36,799 bases of DNA from Thiotrichaceae bacterium (GCA_026991885.1 JALXAQ010000233.1:1-36799); one strand, 5' to 3'; counted from the first letter of the stretch, positions 9,448-19,440 are shown. Notes: generated from the sequence alone by a model not told the origin. A program made the numbers and translations.

Positions 9448-9951
9448 ATGAGCAAAAAAAATTTTGATGCTTTTCTCAAAAAACATGAATCAAAAAAGAA
9501 AGAAGAAAATAATTGGGATGAAATAAAAAGAGAATGGCTTGATAAGGTAAGAGAATTCTATTCTCTTGTACATAAATGGTTAAAGGAGTATGAAAAACAA
9601 GGCCAAGCCAAACTAAAATTTTTGCCGTACTGGCTAAATGAGGAATATATTGGCAGTTACGAAACTCAAAAATTACACCTTAAAATAGCTAACCAAGAGA
9701 TCGTATTTCTCCCTATTGGTACACGATTATTTGGAGCAAAAGGTCGAATTGATATGGAGGGCATAGCCGGTAAGGTCAAGTTTTTATTGGTTGATAAAAA
9801 TGCCACAAGAGCAGGCGTTAAAGTCAAACTTTATGATGGAAAAAACCTTGATTGGGTTTGGAAAATAGCAACCCCTCCGCCTACAATTCAATTAATTGAA
9901 TTGAATGAGGAAAGTTTTTTTGATGCAGTAATGGAAGTGATAAATGGGTAA
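9448..9951 (+). CDS. Hypothetical Lys-rich protein (167 aa), first gene of an AT-rich two-gene module
   Basis: AT-rich codon usage distinct from its neighbours. RBS AGGTGG upstream. The stop overlaps the next gene's start (ATGGGTAA). Confidence 0.6.
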   Translation: MSKKNFDAFLKKHESKKKEENNWDEIKREWLDKVREFYSLVHKWLKEYEKQGQAKLKFLPYWLNEEYIGSYETQKLHLKIANQEIVFLPIGTRLFGAKGRIDMEGIAGKVKFLLVDKNATRAGVKVKLYDGKNLDWVWKIATPPPTIQLIELNEESFFDAVMEVING

Positions 9952-10483
9952 GCGAGTAAACTTTTCTGACTCAAATCTGGAGCTACATGAAATTACTCAG
10001 CATCATACTGAGACAGAAAATGCCTTGAAGGAATATTATGGTGTTGACGGTAAAAGAGAGTTTCTACCCGTTAAGTTCATTGGCTATTCGGCAGAAGAGG
10101 TATTTATCGAGTTTCGTTCCAGAATTGAAGAATTAGAAAAAACGTCATCATTGACTTTGTTGTCATCGCTTGAAGCCAAACTAAGAATTGATTATCTAAA
10201 ACGCTGTTATCAAAAAGGAAAAGATGGTTTATCAAAGGATTTTAGAGCAATACACAAGCAAAAATATCATCGAGCCTCTTTAGAAGAAGATATTCTTGAA
10301 ACTTGGAAAAAACATTACCCTGAAAAAAAATGGCTAATATCTGAGTTGCTTGGGGCTTTAAAGTATAGGCATTGGCTTGCTCACGGTCGTTATTGGGAAC
10401 CAAAATTAGGCAGAAAATACGATTACTCATACATTTATTCTTTAATAGAGCAAGCCTATAAAAACTTACCATTGAAGAGTTAA
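9944..10483 (+). CDS. Hypothetical protein with a C-terminal HEPN-like Rx4H motif (YRHWLAHGRYW); candidate RNase, toxin or Abi effector
   Basis: R-x4-H in LKYRHWLAHG near the C-terminus of a 179-aa alpha-helical-looking protein. Translationally coupled to the upstream gene. Confidence 0.5.
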   Translation: MGKRVNFSDSNLELHEITQHHTETENALKEYYGVDGKREFLPVKFIGYSAEEVFIEFRSRIEELEKTSSLTLLSSLEAKLRIDYLKRCYQKGKDGLSKDFRAIHKQKYHRASLEEDILETWKKHYPEKKWLISELLGALKYRHWLAHGRYWEPKLGRKYDYSYIYSLIEQAYKNLPLKS

Positions 10484-10497
10484 TCGCATAACAATAC

Positions 10498-10530
10498 CAG
10501 CTTTAAGTTAACGACAGCCAATTTTGATTT
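10498..10530 (+). repeat. Degenerate copy of the roughly 40-bp intergenic repeat
   Basis: AGTTAACGACAGCC... after the stop at 10483. Only the AACGACAG core is conserved. Confidence 0.35.
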
Positions 10531-10602
10531 GACATATCCTAATAAATGTCCAATACTGTATTTGAATGTATCCAGCTTTGTTTTTAATTGAGACTATAAG
10601 TT

Positions 10603-11220
10603 ATGAAAAAAAAATTTGCTTCATTCCTCATCACAGGGAAAGCGGCTACGCTCCCCTTTTTTATGAATAACAGCGTGGCTGATACCAACCTTGCAGATAT
10701 GTTATTCGATAGCAGCCAACCACAGCTAATGGAACGAGCGGGGCAAGGCATTGCGGTGACAGGTGACACGGTGCAAATCGTATCCCCTGGTCCTGGCTGT
10801 TCGTTCCCTCAGCCCACTGACATCATGAATGTCGTTGTCACGGGCGTGCGTAACGGTGATTTTGTTTTCATCGCTTCTGCTGATAACAAAGACGATCCAA
10901 ATTTTATCGCTGTCAATCCCGCTTTTAGAATTGGTCAACAAAACTTGCGTATTTTGACCAGCTTTTATGTCGATAGATTGGAATTGTCGCCACTATCCGG
11001 TTTCGAGCATGGAGGCGGCGATTTGGGCAACGCAGTGTCTGCCATTTCGGTGCCTGTGGATTTGAATCAAATATCAAGCACTGGTTTATTTTATATGCAA
11101 GCTTTGATTCTGCGTCCTAATCCGCTTACAGCAGAATTGCCAGCTACTATGGTTTTTTCAGAATTGGATGAAATTAAGCAAGTGACAGCGACTTGTGACT
11201 CTTATGGTATACATTACTAA
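10603..11220 (+). CDS. Secreted hypothetical protein (signal peptide)
   Basis: MKKKFASFLITGKAATLPFFMNNSVA-DT signal-peptide-like N-terminus. Followed by a terminator hairpin. Confidence 0.6.
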   Translation: MKKKFASFLITGKAATLPFFMNNSVADTNLADMLFDSSQPQLMERAGQGIAVTGDTVQIVSPGPGCSFPQPTDIMNVVVTGVRNGDFVFIASADNKDDPNFIAVNPAFRIGQQNLRILTSFYVDRLELSPLSGFEHGGGDLGNAVSAISVPVDLNQISSTGLFYMQALILRPNPLTAELPATMVFSELDEIKQVTATCDSYGIHY

Positions 11221-11226
11221 GGAGTG

Positions 11227-11256
11227 GTGCAAGGTACGCCTTGCACATCTTTTTTT
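11227..11256 (+). terminator. Rho-independent terminator (GTGCAAGGTACGCCTTGCAC plus T7)
   Basis: 8-bp stem with a TACG loop followed by ATCTTTTTTT. The same 18-mer recurs inverted at 33778. Confidence 0.6.
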
Positions 11257-11841
11257 ATGAGTGATACACTTTTATTTGTTGGCAAGTCTGTTAGCCTCCG
11301 TCATATTGTCCCCTCGGATGCACCTTTATACCATATTTGGCTACAAAATCCGAACTTTTTAGCCTACAAGCCCTATCTCAAGCGATTGTGCCCGACTGCG
11401 GTACAATTAGCCGTACATTTAGCGATGCAAGCACAGTCTAATCCCCGCACTGAGTTTGAAGTTTTGGTCATACAGCAGAAGAAACCCATCGGTATCATTG
11501 GCTTATCTAGTATTGATGAATTTAACCAAAAAGCTGAATTTTCAGCGGGTTTTATAAGTGGATATGGCACTCGATGTATTTGGGAAGCAATTCATGCCAG
11601 CATTGCGCTCAGTTTTACCCATTTTAAGCTGCACAAATTGATTTGCTATGTGGCTGTTCATAATCATCAGGTACTCAAAATAATGCAGCGTTATGGCTTC
11701 ATACATGAGGGCTATTTTAAGGAAGAAATATTGGTCGATGATAATCAGCGGCTCGATTTACAGCGTTTTGCGTTAATGCAGCGCGATTGGCAGCAACATC
11801 CTTTGTATCAACGTTTTAAGCGTATTGTGCCAATTAGCTAA
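11257..11841 (+). CDS. GNAT family N-acetyltransferase (RimJ/RimL-like)
   Basis: GIIGLSSIDEFNQKAEFSAGF and HKLICYVAVHNHQVLKIMQRYGFIHEGYF match GNAT A/B motif architecture. Start moved to MSDTLLF because the upstream Met lies in the terminator. Confidence 0.7.
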   Translation: MSDTLLFVGKSVSLRHIVPSDAPLYHIWLQNPNFLAYKPYLKRLCPTAVQLAVHLAMQAQSNPRTEFEVLVIQQKKPIGIIGLSSIDEFNQKAEFSAGFISGYGTRCIWEAIHASIALSFTHFKLHKLICYVAVHNHQVLKIMQRYGFIHEGYFKEEILVDDNQRLDLQRFALMQRDWQQHPLYQRFKRIVPIS

Positions 11842-11845
11842 ACCT

Positions 11846-11890
11846 TAACGACAGGGATTAGTTTTTAGCAGGGATAGGTCAAAACCGAAC
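11846..11890 (+). repeat. Copy 3 of the roughly 40-bp intergenic repeat
   Basis: TTAACGACAGGGATTAGTTTTTAGCAGGGATAGGTCAAAACCGAAC after the GNAT stop. Confidence 0.7.
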
Positions 11891-11926
11891 GCGAGCCGCC
11901 AATTTTTAACAAGGCTCCATACATTC

Positions 11927-14900
11927 ATGAAAAAAGAAACTATTCTTGTTTTTGCCCCCCATCCTGATGATGAAATTTTGGGCTGTGGCGCTTATATCGC
12001 TAAACGACGAGCGGATGGCGTGAGATGTTACGTCGTCGTCGTTAGCGACGGTGCGCGAGGCTTGCCCAGAGGAACGCTACCGGATGTCCGTCAACAAGAA
12101 TGTCGAGCCGGGTTGGCGTGTTTAGGGATTGATGATGTGCAATTTTGGGAATATCCCGATGGTGGTGTGCCATTGAGCGGCGATATTTTGCATGATTATC
12201 GGCGCATTGTTGCGGAACTGAAGCCGACTATTATTTTATTACCTAACCCGCAAGAGTCTCATTCTGATCATCGGCGCGTGACGCGAGGTGTGTTAAATGC
12301 CCTCGAAGAGCAGTGGCAAGGGCATTTATTATTTTATGAAACCGTGCATCCGGCAACCGTCATCAATCATGTCGTTGACATTTCCAGTACTTTCGATAAA
12401 AAATTACAGGCGATACAGGAACATAAGTCACAACTCCGCTCTTTTGATTTCGCTACTCATGTAGAGACTTTGGCACGTTTGCGTGGCTTACATGTTAAGG
12501 CGGAGTGTGCCGAAGCCTTTCTGCAACATGAATGGGATGGCACGGCGCAAAATTTTTTTGAAACTCGTCCCCTCATTTCAGTGATTGTGCGTGCCGATGA
12601 TGCGGATTATCTCCGCCATGCTTTGATCAGTTTAATTCATCAAACTTATGAACAATTTGAAGTGATTTTGGTTTGGTTTGGCGGCGATTCTCCCTCGCTC
12701 AAAGACTTTGATGTTTTAGATATTCGTTTTTTCCCGGGTAAACCCTCACGCAGTTTCAATCTCAATCAAGGTTTGCGCTATGCGCGTGGCGAATATGTCG
12801 CTATGCTTGATCAAGACGATATATTATATCCGCAACACTTTGCTTGCCTGCTCGCCGAAATTCACGGACAACCCCAGATAGATGTCGTGTATAGTGGTTG
12901 CAAAGTCGTTGCCTGCGAGAAAATTGACCAGCGAGTCAAAGTCAATAAAGTCATTGATGTTATGAACCGCCCTTGGCAGCCGGGGCGTTTATTGATTGGT
13001 AACACTATTCCTAACCATGCCCTGTTGTTTCGTGCTTCGGTGTTTCATAGTCATCAATTTGATGAAGATTTTGAAATTTATGAAGATTGGGAATTCTTGT
13101 CTCGCTTGAGCAATTTGACTTTTGTACATGTGGATGAGATTAGCTGTGAGTATCGTATTTTCAGCGACACCGAAATCCAATCATACATTCAAGTCCATAA
13201 GGATAAAGGTTATCTCGACCATGCACAAAAGGTCATTACATCAATTCTCAAAAATTTAGAATTGAACGACTTTGAGAAAATTATTTCTTTAGTCAACCAT
13301 TTAGAAAAGCAACAACATTTATTAACGATTCAATTGAGTGAACAAACTCAACAGCGCCAAGCACTCGCCCAACAGCTTGAACAGTCCCACCGTTTGGAGC
13401 AATTACTTGCCGATACGTGTGCCGCTGTTGGCATTGAGGCGGCGGGGAGACAGGGCATCGCGCAACTCATTGGGCGGACGCTGCCCCAGCAAACTTTGTT
13501 TTCAATTATTTTGCCTGTTTATAATACGGAGGCTACTATTCTCCGCCAAACTCTGTTGTCGGTACGCAATCAAGCCTATAGTGGTTGGGAATTGTGTTTA
13601 GTGGATGATGGCTCAGATCGTGAGGAAACGCGGCAAGTGTTGCAAGCGGTGCAAAATGATCCTGTGCTCGCAAAACGTTTACATTATCTGCGCCGCGACA
13701 CCCAAGGGGGTATTGTGGCTGCCAGCAATGATGCGATCAAAATGGCAACGGCTCCTTATGTCGCTTTTCTTGATCATGATGATAATTTGCACCATGAAGC
13801 TTTACTCAGGCTCGCTTTGAAACTTGAGCAAGAAGATTATACGTTGCTCTATACTGACAGCCGTATGATAGATCACAGCGGGCAAGCGATGCATACTTAT
13901 CAAAAAGCGGATTGGTCTCCTGAAACTTTGTTGCATTTTAATTATATTAATCATCTCACTGTCGTTAAGCGAGAAATATTGAAGGATGGATTGCGTGCTG
14001 ATTTTAATGGCGCACAAGATTGGGATTTATTGTTGCAATTAGTGGGTTTGCCAGATGAGCAGGTGTGTCATATACGCCACCCCCTTTATGATTGGCGAGC
14101 GACGGAAAGTTCGGTCGCTTACCAAGGTGATGAAAAAACTTATGCTTTTGAAGCGGCACAATCGGCGCTGATAAGTCACTTAACGGGGCGTGGTTTAGAA
14201 GAGGTTACTGCTAATAAAAAAGGGGCGGGATTTGTTTGTCAATGGCGTTCTCCCTTAGAGCCCATCGACATTATCATTCCCACCCATAGTAACCTGAGTG
14301 GACTCAAAACTTGCCTCAATGGTTTATTGCAATTGACTGATTATCCTCAATTCAATATTATTGTTGTTGCAAACCGCTGTGCTGCGCCAGTACAGAATTA
14401 TCTCAATTCTCTTGGGCAGATTAAAATATTGGTCAATGATGAGCCATTTAATTGGTCAACTCTGAATAATCAGGCTGTTATCTCGGGAGAGAGCCCTATT
14501 TTGTTGTTTTTAAACGATGATATTGAAATTAAACAGGCCAGTTGGTTGGGCGATCTCAGGCGGTATTTATATTTAGATGGTGTAGGCGCCGTCGGTGCTA
14601 CGCTGTTTTATCCAAATGACGATTTGCAACATAATGGTATCGAAACTAATCCGCAATGGGTTGCCCGTAATATCCAAAAATCGGGCAATGCGCTCCGTGC
14701 CACCCGCAACGTTTCGGCGGTGACGGGGGCGTGTCTATTAACTAAACGAAGCGTGTGGCAACAGGTGGGCGGATTCGATGAAAATTTGGCAGTATCGTAT
14801 AACGATGTTGATTTTTGTTTAGCCATCCGTCGCCAAGGACTGAGAATTGTCCAAGCCACAGATGTTGAGTTGATTCACGATGAACATGCTACTTATGGCA

Positions 14901-15043
14901 CGGTTGATAATCCCGAAAAAGAAGCTCTTTTTCGCAAAGAAATCAATTTTATGCGAGAAAAGTGGGGAGATTTTTTGAGTGAACGTTACATGCCACGTTA
15001 CGATGTACAAGCACAAAAGACGCGCATTTTACACTTAAAATGA
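11927..15043 (+). CDS. Multidomain protein: N-terminal PIG-L/LmbE-type (CE14) deacetylase plus three GT2 glycosyltransferase domains
   Basis: FAPHPDDEILGCGA LmbE/PIG-L motif at the N-terminus. Three GT2 cores: ISVIVRA...LDQDD, FSIILPVYN...VDDGSD...FLDHDD, and IDIIIPTH...FLNDDIEI. 1038 aa. Confidence 0.85.
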   Translation: MKKETILVFAPHPDDEILGCGAYIAKRRADGVRCYVVVVSDGARGLPRGTLPDVRQQECRAGLACLGIDDVQFWEYPDGGVPLSGDILHDYRRIVAELKPTIILLPNPQESHSDHRRVTRGVLNALEEQWQGHLLFYETVHPATVINHVVDISSTFDKKLQAIQEHKSQLRSFDFATHVETLARLRGLHVKAECAEAFLQHEWDGTAQNFFETRPLISVIVRADDADYLRHALISLIHQTYEQFEVILVWFGGDSPSLKDFDVLDIRFFPGKPSRSFNLNQGLRYARGEYVAMLDQDDILYPQHFACLLAEIHGQPQIDVVYSGCKVVACEKIDQRVKVNKVIDVMNRPWQPGRLLIGNTIPNHALLFRASVFHSHQFDEDFEIYEDWEFLSRLSNLTFVHVDEISCEYRIFSDTEIQSYIQVHKDKGYLDHAQKVITSILKNLELNDFEKIISLVNHLEKQQHLLTIQLSEQTQQRQALAQQLEQSHRLEQLLADTCAAVGIEAAGRQGIAQLIGRTLPQQTLFSIILPVYNTEATILRQTLLSVRNQAYSGWELCLVDDGSDREETRQVLQAVQNDPVLAKRLHYLRRDTQGGIVAASNDAIKMATAPYVAFLDHDDNLHHEALLRLALKLEQEDYTLLYTDSRMIDHSGQAMHTYQKADWSPETLLHFNYINHLTVVKREILKDGLRADFNGAQDWDLLLQLVGLPDEQVCHIRHPLYDWRATESSVAYQGDEKTYAFEAAQSALISHLTGRGLEEVTANKKGAGFVCQWRSPLEPIDIIIPTHSNLSGLKTCLNGLLQLTDYPQFNIIVVANRCAAPVQNYLNSLGQIKILVNDEPFNWSTLNNQAVISGESPILLFLNDDIEIKQASWLGDLRRYLYLDGVGAVGATLFYPNDDLQHNGIETNPQWVARNIQKSGNALRATRNVSAVTGACLLTKRSVWQQVGGFDENLAVSYNDVDFCLAIRRQGLRIVQATDVELIHDEHATYGTVDNPEKEALFRKEINFMREKWGDFLSERYMPRYDVQAQKTRILHLK

Positions 15044-15987
15044 AACCGACATTCATTTTGAAGCCCTACGAAGACGGGGATGAGCAGGCGATTCAAGCAG
15101 GCTTCTCAGCCGTTTTTCCCAGCTACCGCACCCTAGAGACTTGGCATTGGATTTATACCCGTAATCCAGATGGGGCACGTATCATGTTAGCTTGGGCAGA
15201 GAATGGTGAGCTGGCGGCACATTATGCTTGCACTGTACATACCGCATACTATGCCGGAAAGCAGGTAAGAGTGGGTTTGATCCGCGACGTATTTAGCAAC
15301 CCGGCTTATCGTGCGTTTGGGCGGCATGGGGTTTATATCCAAACGATTGAGGCTTTTGTTAAGGCATGGACAGGTGCCGATCAATTAGTGATGCTCTACG
15401 GTTTTCCTTCTGAACGTCCATTTCGCTTAGGCAAATTATTGATGGGCTATCAAGCCTTCAGCGATTGGCACGATTATCGCTACACGGTGCCTTCTGAACT
15501 TTCACAACATAGCCCGCTCGGTGTGATTCACAGCCCTAAGATATTTGATGCAGCATTTGATAGACTTTGGGAGAAACGTGCCGGGCGGTACTCATTTGCG
15601 GTTTGCCGCTCTGCCCGTTTTTTAAATTGGCGGTTTATTGATATTCCACATAAAAAGTATTGGATATGGGCATTTTCTGCTTTTTTATCAACAGAAGTGC
15701 TTGGCTATGTAGTGATTGGGCCTAATAAACCACAAGCTCAGTTAGTTGATTTTTGCTTTCCAGATGATCCACAATTAGCACAGTCATTTTGGCAACAAGT
15801 GGTAGATATTTTACGGTGGCGTGGTGTTAAAACGGTAGAAACATGGGGGGCTTGTCCAAGTTTGCAAGCCGTGGGTTTTAAGCCCCATGCACGCCCGGAT
15901 ACGATTATTCCTGTCTTTAGAAGTTTTCAGGCGGATTCGGGGTATGCTAATTTCTATTATACGATGGCAGATTCAGATTTATATTGA
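15040..15987 (+). CDS. Putative GNAT-fold (FemAB/Acetyltransf_6-like) acyl/acetyltransferase
   Basis: Start overlaps the upstream stop (ATGA). The overall size and pattern resemble GNAT-fold proteins that accompany glycosyltransferases. No single decisive motif. Confidence 0.45.
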   Translation: MKPTFILKPYEDGDEQAIQAGFSAVFPSYRTLETWHWIYTRNPDGARIMLAWAENGELAAHYACTVHTAYYAGKQVRVGLIRDVFSNPAYRAFGRHGVYIQTIEAFVKAWTGADQLVMLYGFPSERPFRLGKLLMGYQAFSDWHDYRYTVPSELSQHSPLGVIHSPKIFDAAFDRLWEKRAGRYSFAVCRSARFLNWRFIDIPHKKYWIWAFSAFLSTEVLGYVVIGPNKPQAQLVDFCFPDDPQLAQSFWQQVVDILRWRGVKTVETWGACPSLQAVGFKPHARPDTIIPVFRSFQADSGYANFYYTMADSDLY

Positions 15988-16000
15988 ATTGGAGGCGACA

Positions 16001-16756
16001 ATGAAACAAATTACACTTATTCTCATTCTTTTACTGTCAGGGTGCGGTTCTGATCCTAAAATGGAAACTTGGCCTGCCGAGCGTTTTTATGCTGAAGCGA
16101 AAGAGAATCTTGAGGCTGGTGATTATATCAGTGCTATCGAATCTTATGAAAAGCTAGAGGCACGTTATCCACTTGGAAAGTATGCCCAACAGGCGCAATT
16201 GGATATCATTTATGCTTATTATAAGCATGAAGAACCAGAATCTGCGATTGTTGCCGCTGATCGTTTTATTAAATTATATCCGCGACATAGTAAAATAGAT
16301 TATGTGTATTACCTCAAAGGATTGGTTTATTTTGAATATAATTGGGGTAGCTTGGATCGTTTTTTGCCACTGGAGCAGTCGCAGCGTGATCCAAGTGCGG
16401 CAAGACAAGCCTTGCAGATATTTTCTGAATTAGTTAGGCGCTTTCCTAAGAGTAAATATAATGAAGATGCTAAACAGCGTATGGTTTATCTGCGTAATCT
16501 GCTGGCTAACCATGAGTTAGAGGTTGCGAGATTTTATATGAAACGAGGTGCTTATATAGCAGCGGCTAATCGGGCTAAGACGATAGTAAAATCCTATCAA
16601 GGTACGCCGGTTGTGCCTGATGCTTTGGTTATTTTAGTAAAAGCTTATAAAATCAATGGATTAAATGATTTGGCGGCGGCAACGTTAAAGGTGTTGAAGT
16701 TGAATTATCCTCATCATGAGGGGATTGCGGTGGTCGAAAATTTGGTGGTTAAGTGA
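16001..16756 (+). CDS. bamD: Outer membrane protein assembly factor BamD (lipoprotein, TPR)
   Basis: Lipobox LLSGCGS. AERFYAEAKENLEAGDYISAIESYEKLEARYP TPR region. GGAGG RBS at 15991. Confidence 0.85.
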   Translation: MKQITLILILLLSGCGSDPKMETWPAERFYAEAKENLEAGDYISAIESYEKLEARYPLGKYAQQAQLDIIYAYYKHEEPESAIVAADRFIKLYPRHSKIDYVYYLKGLVYFEYNWGSLDRFLPLEQSQRDPSAARQALQIFSELVRRFPKSKYNEDAKQRMVYLRNLLANHELEVARFYMKRGAYIAAANRAKTIVKSYQGTPVVPDALVILVKAYKINGLNDLAAATLKVLKLNYPHHEGIAVVENLVVK

Positions 16757-16778
16757 AAAGTCCCTAATCTAAAAATCC

Positions 16779-16815
16779 TATTTCTTGAAGAAATAGGATT
16801 TTTTAAGGCGCGTTT
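16779..16815. terminator. Bidirectional terminator between bamD and glgP
   Basis: AAAAATCCTATTTCTT-GAAG-AAATAGGATTTTTT perfect hairpin with A/T runs on both sides. Confidence 0.65.
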
Positions 16816-16824
16816 AAATTGCAA

Positions 16825-19434
16825 TCAAACCCACTTCATCATCCCCATTTCATGTGCATCAACTAGCACTTCATGGTAGGGAAATACGCGAATACGGTAG
16901 CTTAAGCCTCCGCACAATTCCGGTTTCAAAGTGAGATTGTAGAGATATTCTCCGCTATCGTGCAGGGGATGTTCTGGCACAAACCTATAAGAAACTGTTT
17001 CCATCTTATTGTTCTGCCAGAGGTTTTGCAAATCTTCTTGAGTAGGCAGTAAAACGTCAGGGTGATAAACTTTGTGCGAGAGCAATAATTCGACCGCCAC
17101 ATCAGTTGGCTGTAGTTCATTTAAGCGCACGGCAACTTGTATGTTTATTGATTCACCACTGGTCATTTGTATCTGTGGTGCTGACAATGGGCGAGCTTCT
17201 ACGCCACTCCACTTGGCCCTGACATTGGCTTTCCAATGAGCTAATTCCCGCGCTTTGGCATAATTGTCGCTATTCAACTGCCTAGCTTGATGACTGGCAG
17301 GCAGGTAAAAATCACTTAAGTAGTCATTGAGCATCCGCTGGGTGTTAAAGCGGGGGAGTATCGTCGCCATAGAATGTTTGGCCTTTTTTACCCAGCCTTC
17401 AGAATAACCGTCTTTATTTCGCTCGTAGTAAAGTGGAATGATTTCATCTTGCAAAACTTCGTACAGACTGCGGGCATCTTCATCATCACGCAAATGATGA
17501 TTGTCATGGTGTGGAGATGGTTTAATCGCCCAACCATTTTCTCCGTCATAACTTTCTGGCCACCAACCATCAAGTACACTGAGGTTGAGGCCGGCATTGA
17601 GCGCCACTTTCATGCCAGAAGTCCCACTGGCTTCTTCGGGATAGACGGGGTTATTGAGCCACACATCAACGCCAGAGACTAAACGCCGTGAGAGGCCCAA
17701 ATCATAGCCTTGCACGACCAGAATTTTACCCATGAATTCGGGCAGACAACTTTTATTGTAAATCTCTCTCAGCAAGTCTTGCCCTGGTCCATCAGCGGGA
17801 TGGGCTTTGCCGGCAAAAATAAAGACCACGGGTCTTTCGGTATCATTGATGATAGTCCGCAATCTGTCAATGTCTCTGAGCAAGAGGGCGGCACGTTTGT
17901 AGGTGGCGAAGCGGCGTGCAAAGCCAATGGTCAGAATATTGGGATTTTTGGGATCAATGTATTTGAGTAAACGCTCCAAATGCGTTTCTGAGATTTGATA
18001 AGGTAAATGTTGGGCGGTTAAGGTATCGCATACTTTGGCCAACATGCGTGATTTGACCGTTTGCCTGATATTCCAAAATTGTTGGTCAGGCATGTTTTCT
18101 ATCGCTTGCCAAAATTTGACATCACACTGATGGTCGCGCCATTCTACGCCTAATGATTCGTCAAATAAGTTAGTCCATTCTCGTGCCAACATAGAGGGCA
18201 CATGGACACCATTGGTGACATGGCGTATAGGATTTTCTTTGGGGGCAATTTCGGGCCAAAATTTGGCACAAATTTCAGATGAGATGTCGCCATGAATACG
18301 ACTGACTCCGTTCCGATGCCGTGAGCCTTGAACGGCTAAGGTTGTCATGTTGAAATCAGGCGAATCATTGGGCAAACAACCGAGTGCCATAAATTGTTCT
18401 TCGGATATTCTCAAGTCGTGATGATAAAAAGCACCCAGATAGTTCTTCACTTCTTCGGGTGAAAAATGATCATGTCCTGCCGGCACTGGGGTATGGGTGG
18501 TAAATACGGTATTAGCCGCAACGGCTTCAATCGCCGTTTCAATCGACTGTCCCTCGTCTCTCAATTCACGCGCTCTTTCCAGGATCAAAAAGGCGGCATG
18601 ACCTTCATTGATATGCCAAACCGTTGGGGCAATGCCTAATCTTCTGAGTAGTCGCACGCCGCCAATACCCAAGACAATTTCTTGTTTGATGCGGATATCT
18701 TGACCGCTGTCGTAGAGTTTGTGGGTAATCTGACGATCATCGTCATTGTTTTGTGGGACGTTGGTATCGAGCAAGTAGAGGTCAATATGCCCGACTTGTA
18801 TTTTCCAAACTTGGGCTAATACTTGTGTTTCTGCAATCTTGATATCAATATAGATGGCTTGTTTTGCTTCATCTACCACCAGAGTGATTGGCAAGTGTTG
18901 CGGAACGTTTTCATTATAGGTAGCAATCTGATTGCCTTGATCATCTATCCGTTGGGAAAAATAGCCTTGATGGTAAAACAAGCCAACTGCGACAAATGGC
19001 AAGCGCATATCACTCGCTGTCTTGCAATGATCGCCGGCTAAAATACCTAATCCGCCGGAATAAATGGGCAAGCTTTCGTGGAAGCCATATTCGGCGCAAA
19101 AATAGGCAATGAGATCATCTTCTGCTAATTGTTTTCCACCATTACGCCGCTCTTTGGCATGACAATAGGCATCATAGGTGACTAAGACTTGCTTATAGGC
19201 ATCGAGAAATGATTGATCAGTGAGGGCATTATCTAGTCGTCTTTGATCAATATTGCGTAAAAATAATTTAGGATTATCTCTCACCCGAATCCATAACTCT
19301 TCATCAAGCTGCTCAAATAGCTGCCGGGCTGGGATATTCCAGCTATACCATAAATTATTCGCCAATTCTTCAAGGCGTTTTAAAGCCTCTGGCAAGATGG
19401 GGGTGACTTCTAAGTTGAATTCTTGTGCTGACAT
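16825..19434 (-). CDS. glgP: Alpha-glucan (glycogen) phosphorylase
   Basis: TSGMKVALNAGLNLSVLDGWW region. Size about 870 aa. Start placed at MSAQEF because the upstream Met overlaps the glnA terminator hairpin. Confidence 0.9.
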   Translation of the reverse strand: MSAQEFNLEVTPILPEALKRLEELANNLWYSWNIPARQLFEQLDEELWIRVRDNPKLFLRNIDQRRLDNALTDQSFLDAYKQVLVTYDAYCHAKERRNGGKQLAEDDLIAYFCAEYGFHESLPIYSGGLGILAGDHCKTASDMRLPFVAVGLFYHQGYFSQRIDDQGNQIATYNENVPQHLPITLVVDEAKQAIYIDIKIAETQVLAQVWKIQVGHIDLYLLDTNVPQNNDDDRQITHKLYDSGQDIRIKQEIVLGIGGVRLLRRLGIAPTVWHINEGHAAFLILERARELRDEGQSIETAIEAVAANTVFTTHTPVPAGHDHFSPEEVKNYLGAFYHHDLRISEEQFMALGCLPNDSPDFNMTTLAVQGSRHRNGVSRIHGDISSEICAKFWPEIAPKENPIRHVTNGVHVPSMLAREWTNLFDESLGVEWRDHQCDVKFWQAIENMPDQQFWNIRQTVKSRMLAKVCDTLTAQHLPYQISETHLERLLKYIDPKNPNILTIGFARRFATYKRAALLLRDIDRLRTIINDTERPVVFIFAGKAHPADGPGQDLLREIYNKSCLPEFMGKILVVQGYDLGLSRRLVSGVDVWLNNPVYPEEASGTSGMKVALNAGLNLSVLDGWWPESYDGENGWAIKPSPHHDNHHLRDDEDARSLYEVLQDEIIPLYYERNKDGYSEGWVKKAKHSMATILPRFNTQRMLNDYLSDFYLPASHQARQLNSDNYAKARELAHWKANVRAKWSGVEARPLSAPQIQMTSGESINIQVAVRLNELQPTDVAVELLLSHKVYHPDVLLPTQEDLQNLWQNNKMETVSYRFVPEHPLHDSGEYLYNLTLKPELCGGLSYRIRVFPYHEVLVDAHEMGMMKWV

Positions 19435-19440
19435 TGTTAT

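Noticed and set aside
13338-14017. Small ORFs (13338..13601, 13605..13820, 13802..14017) inside the 1038-aa multidomain gene
   Set aside because: Internal or antisense to a continuous, motif-rich ORF.
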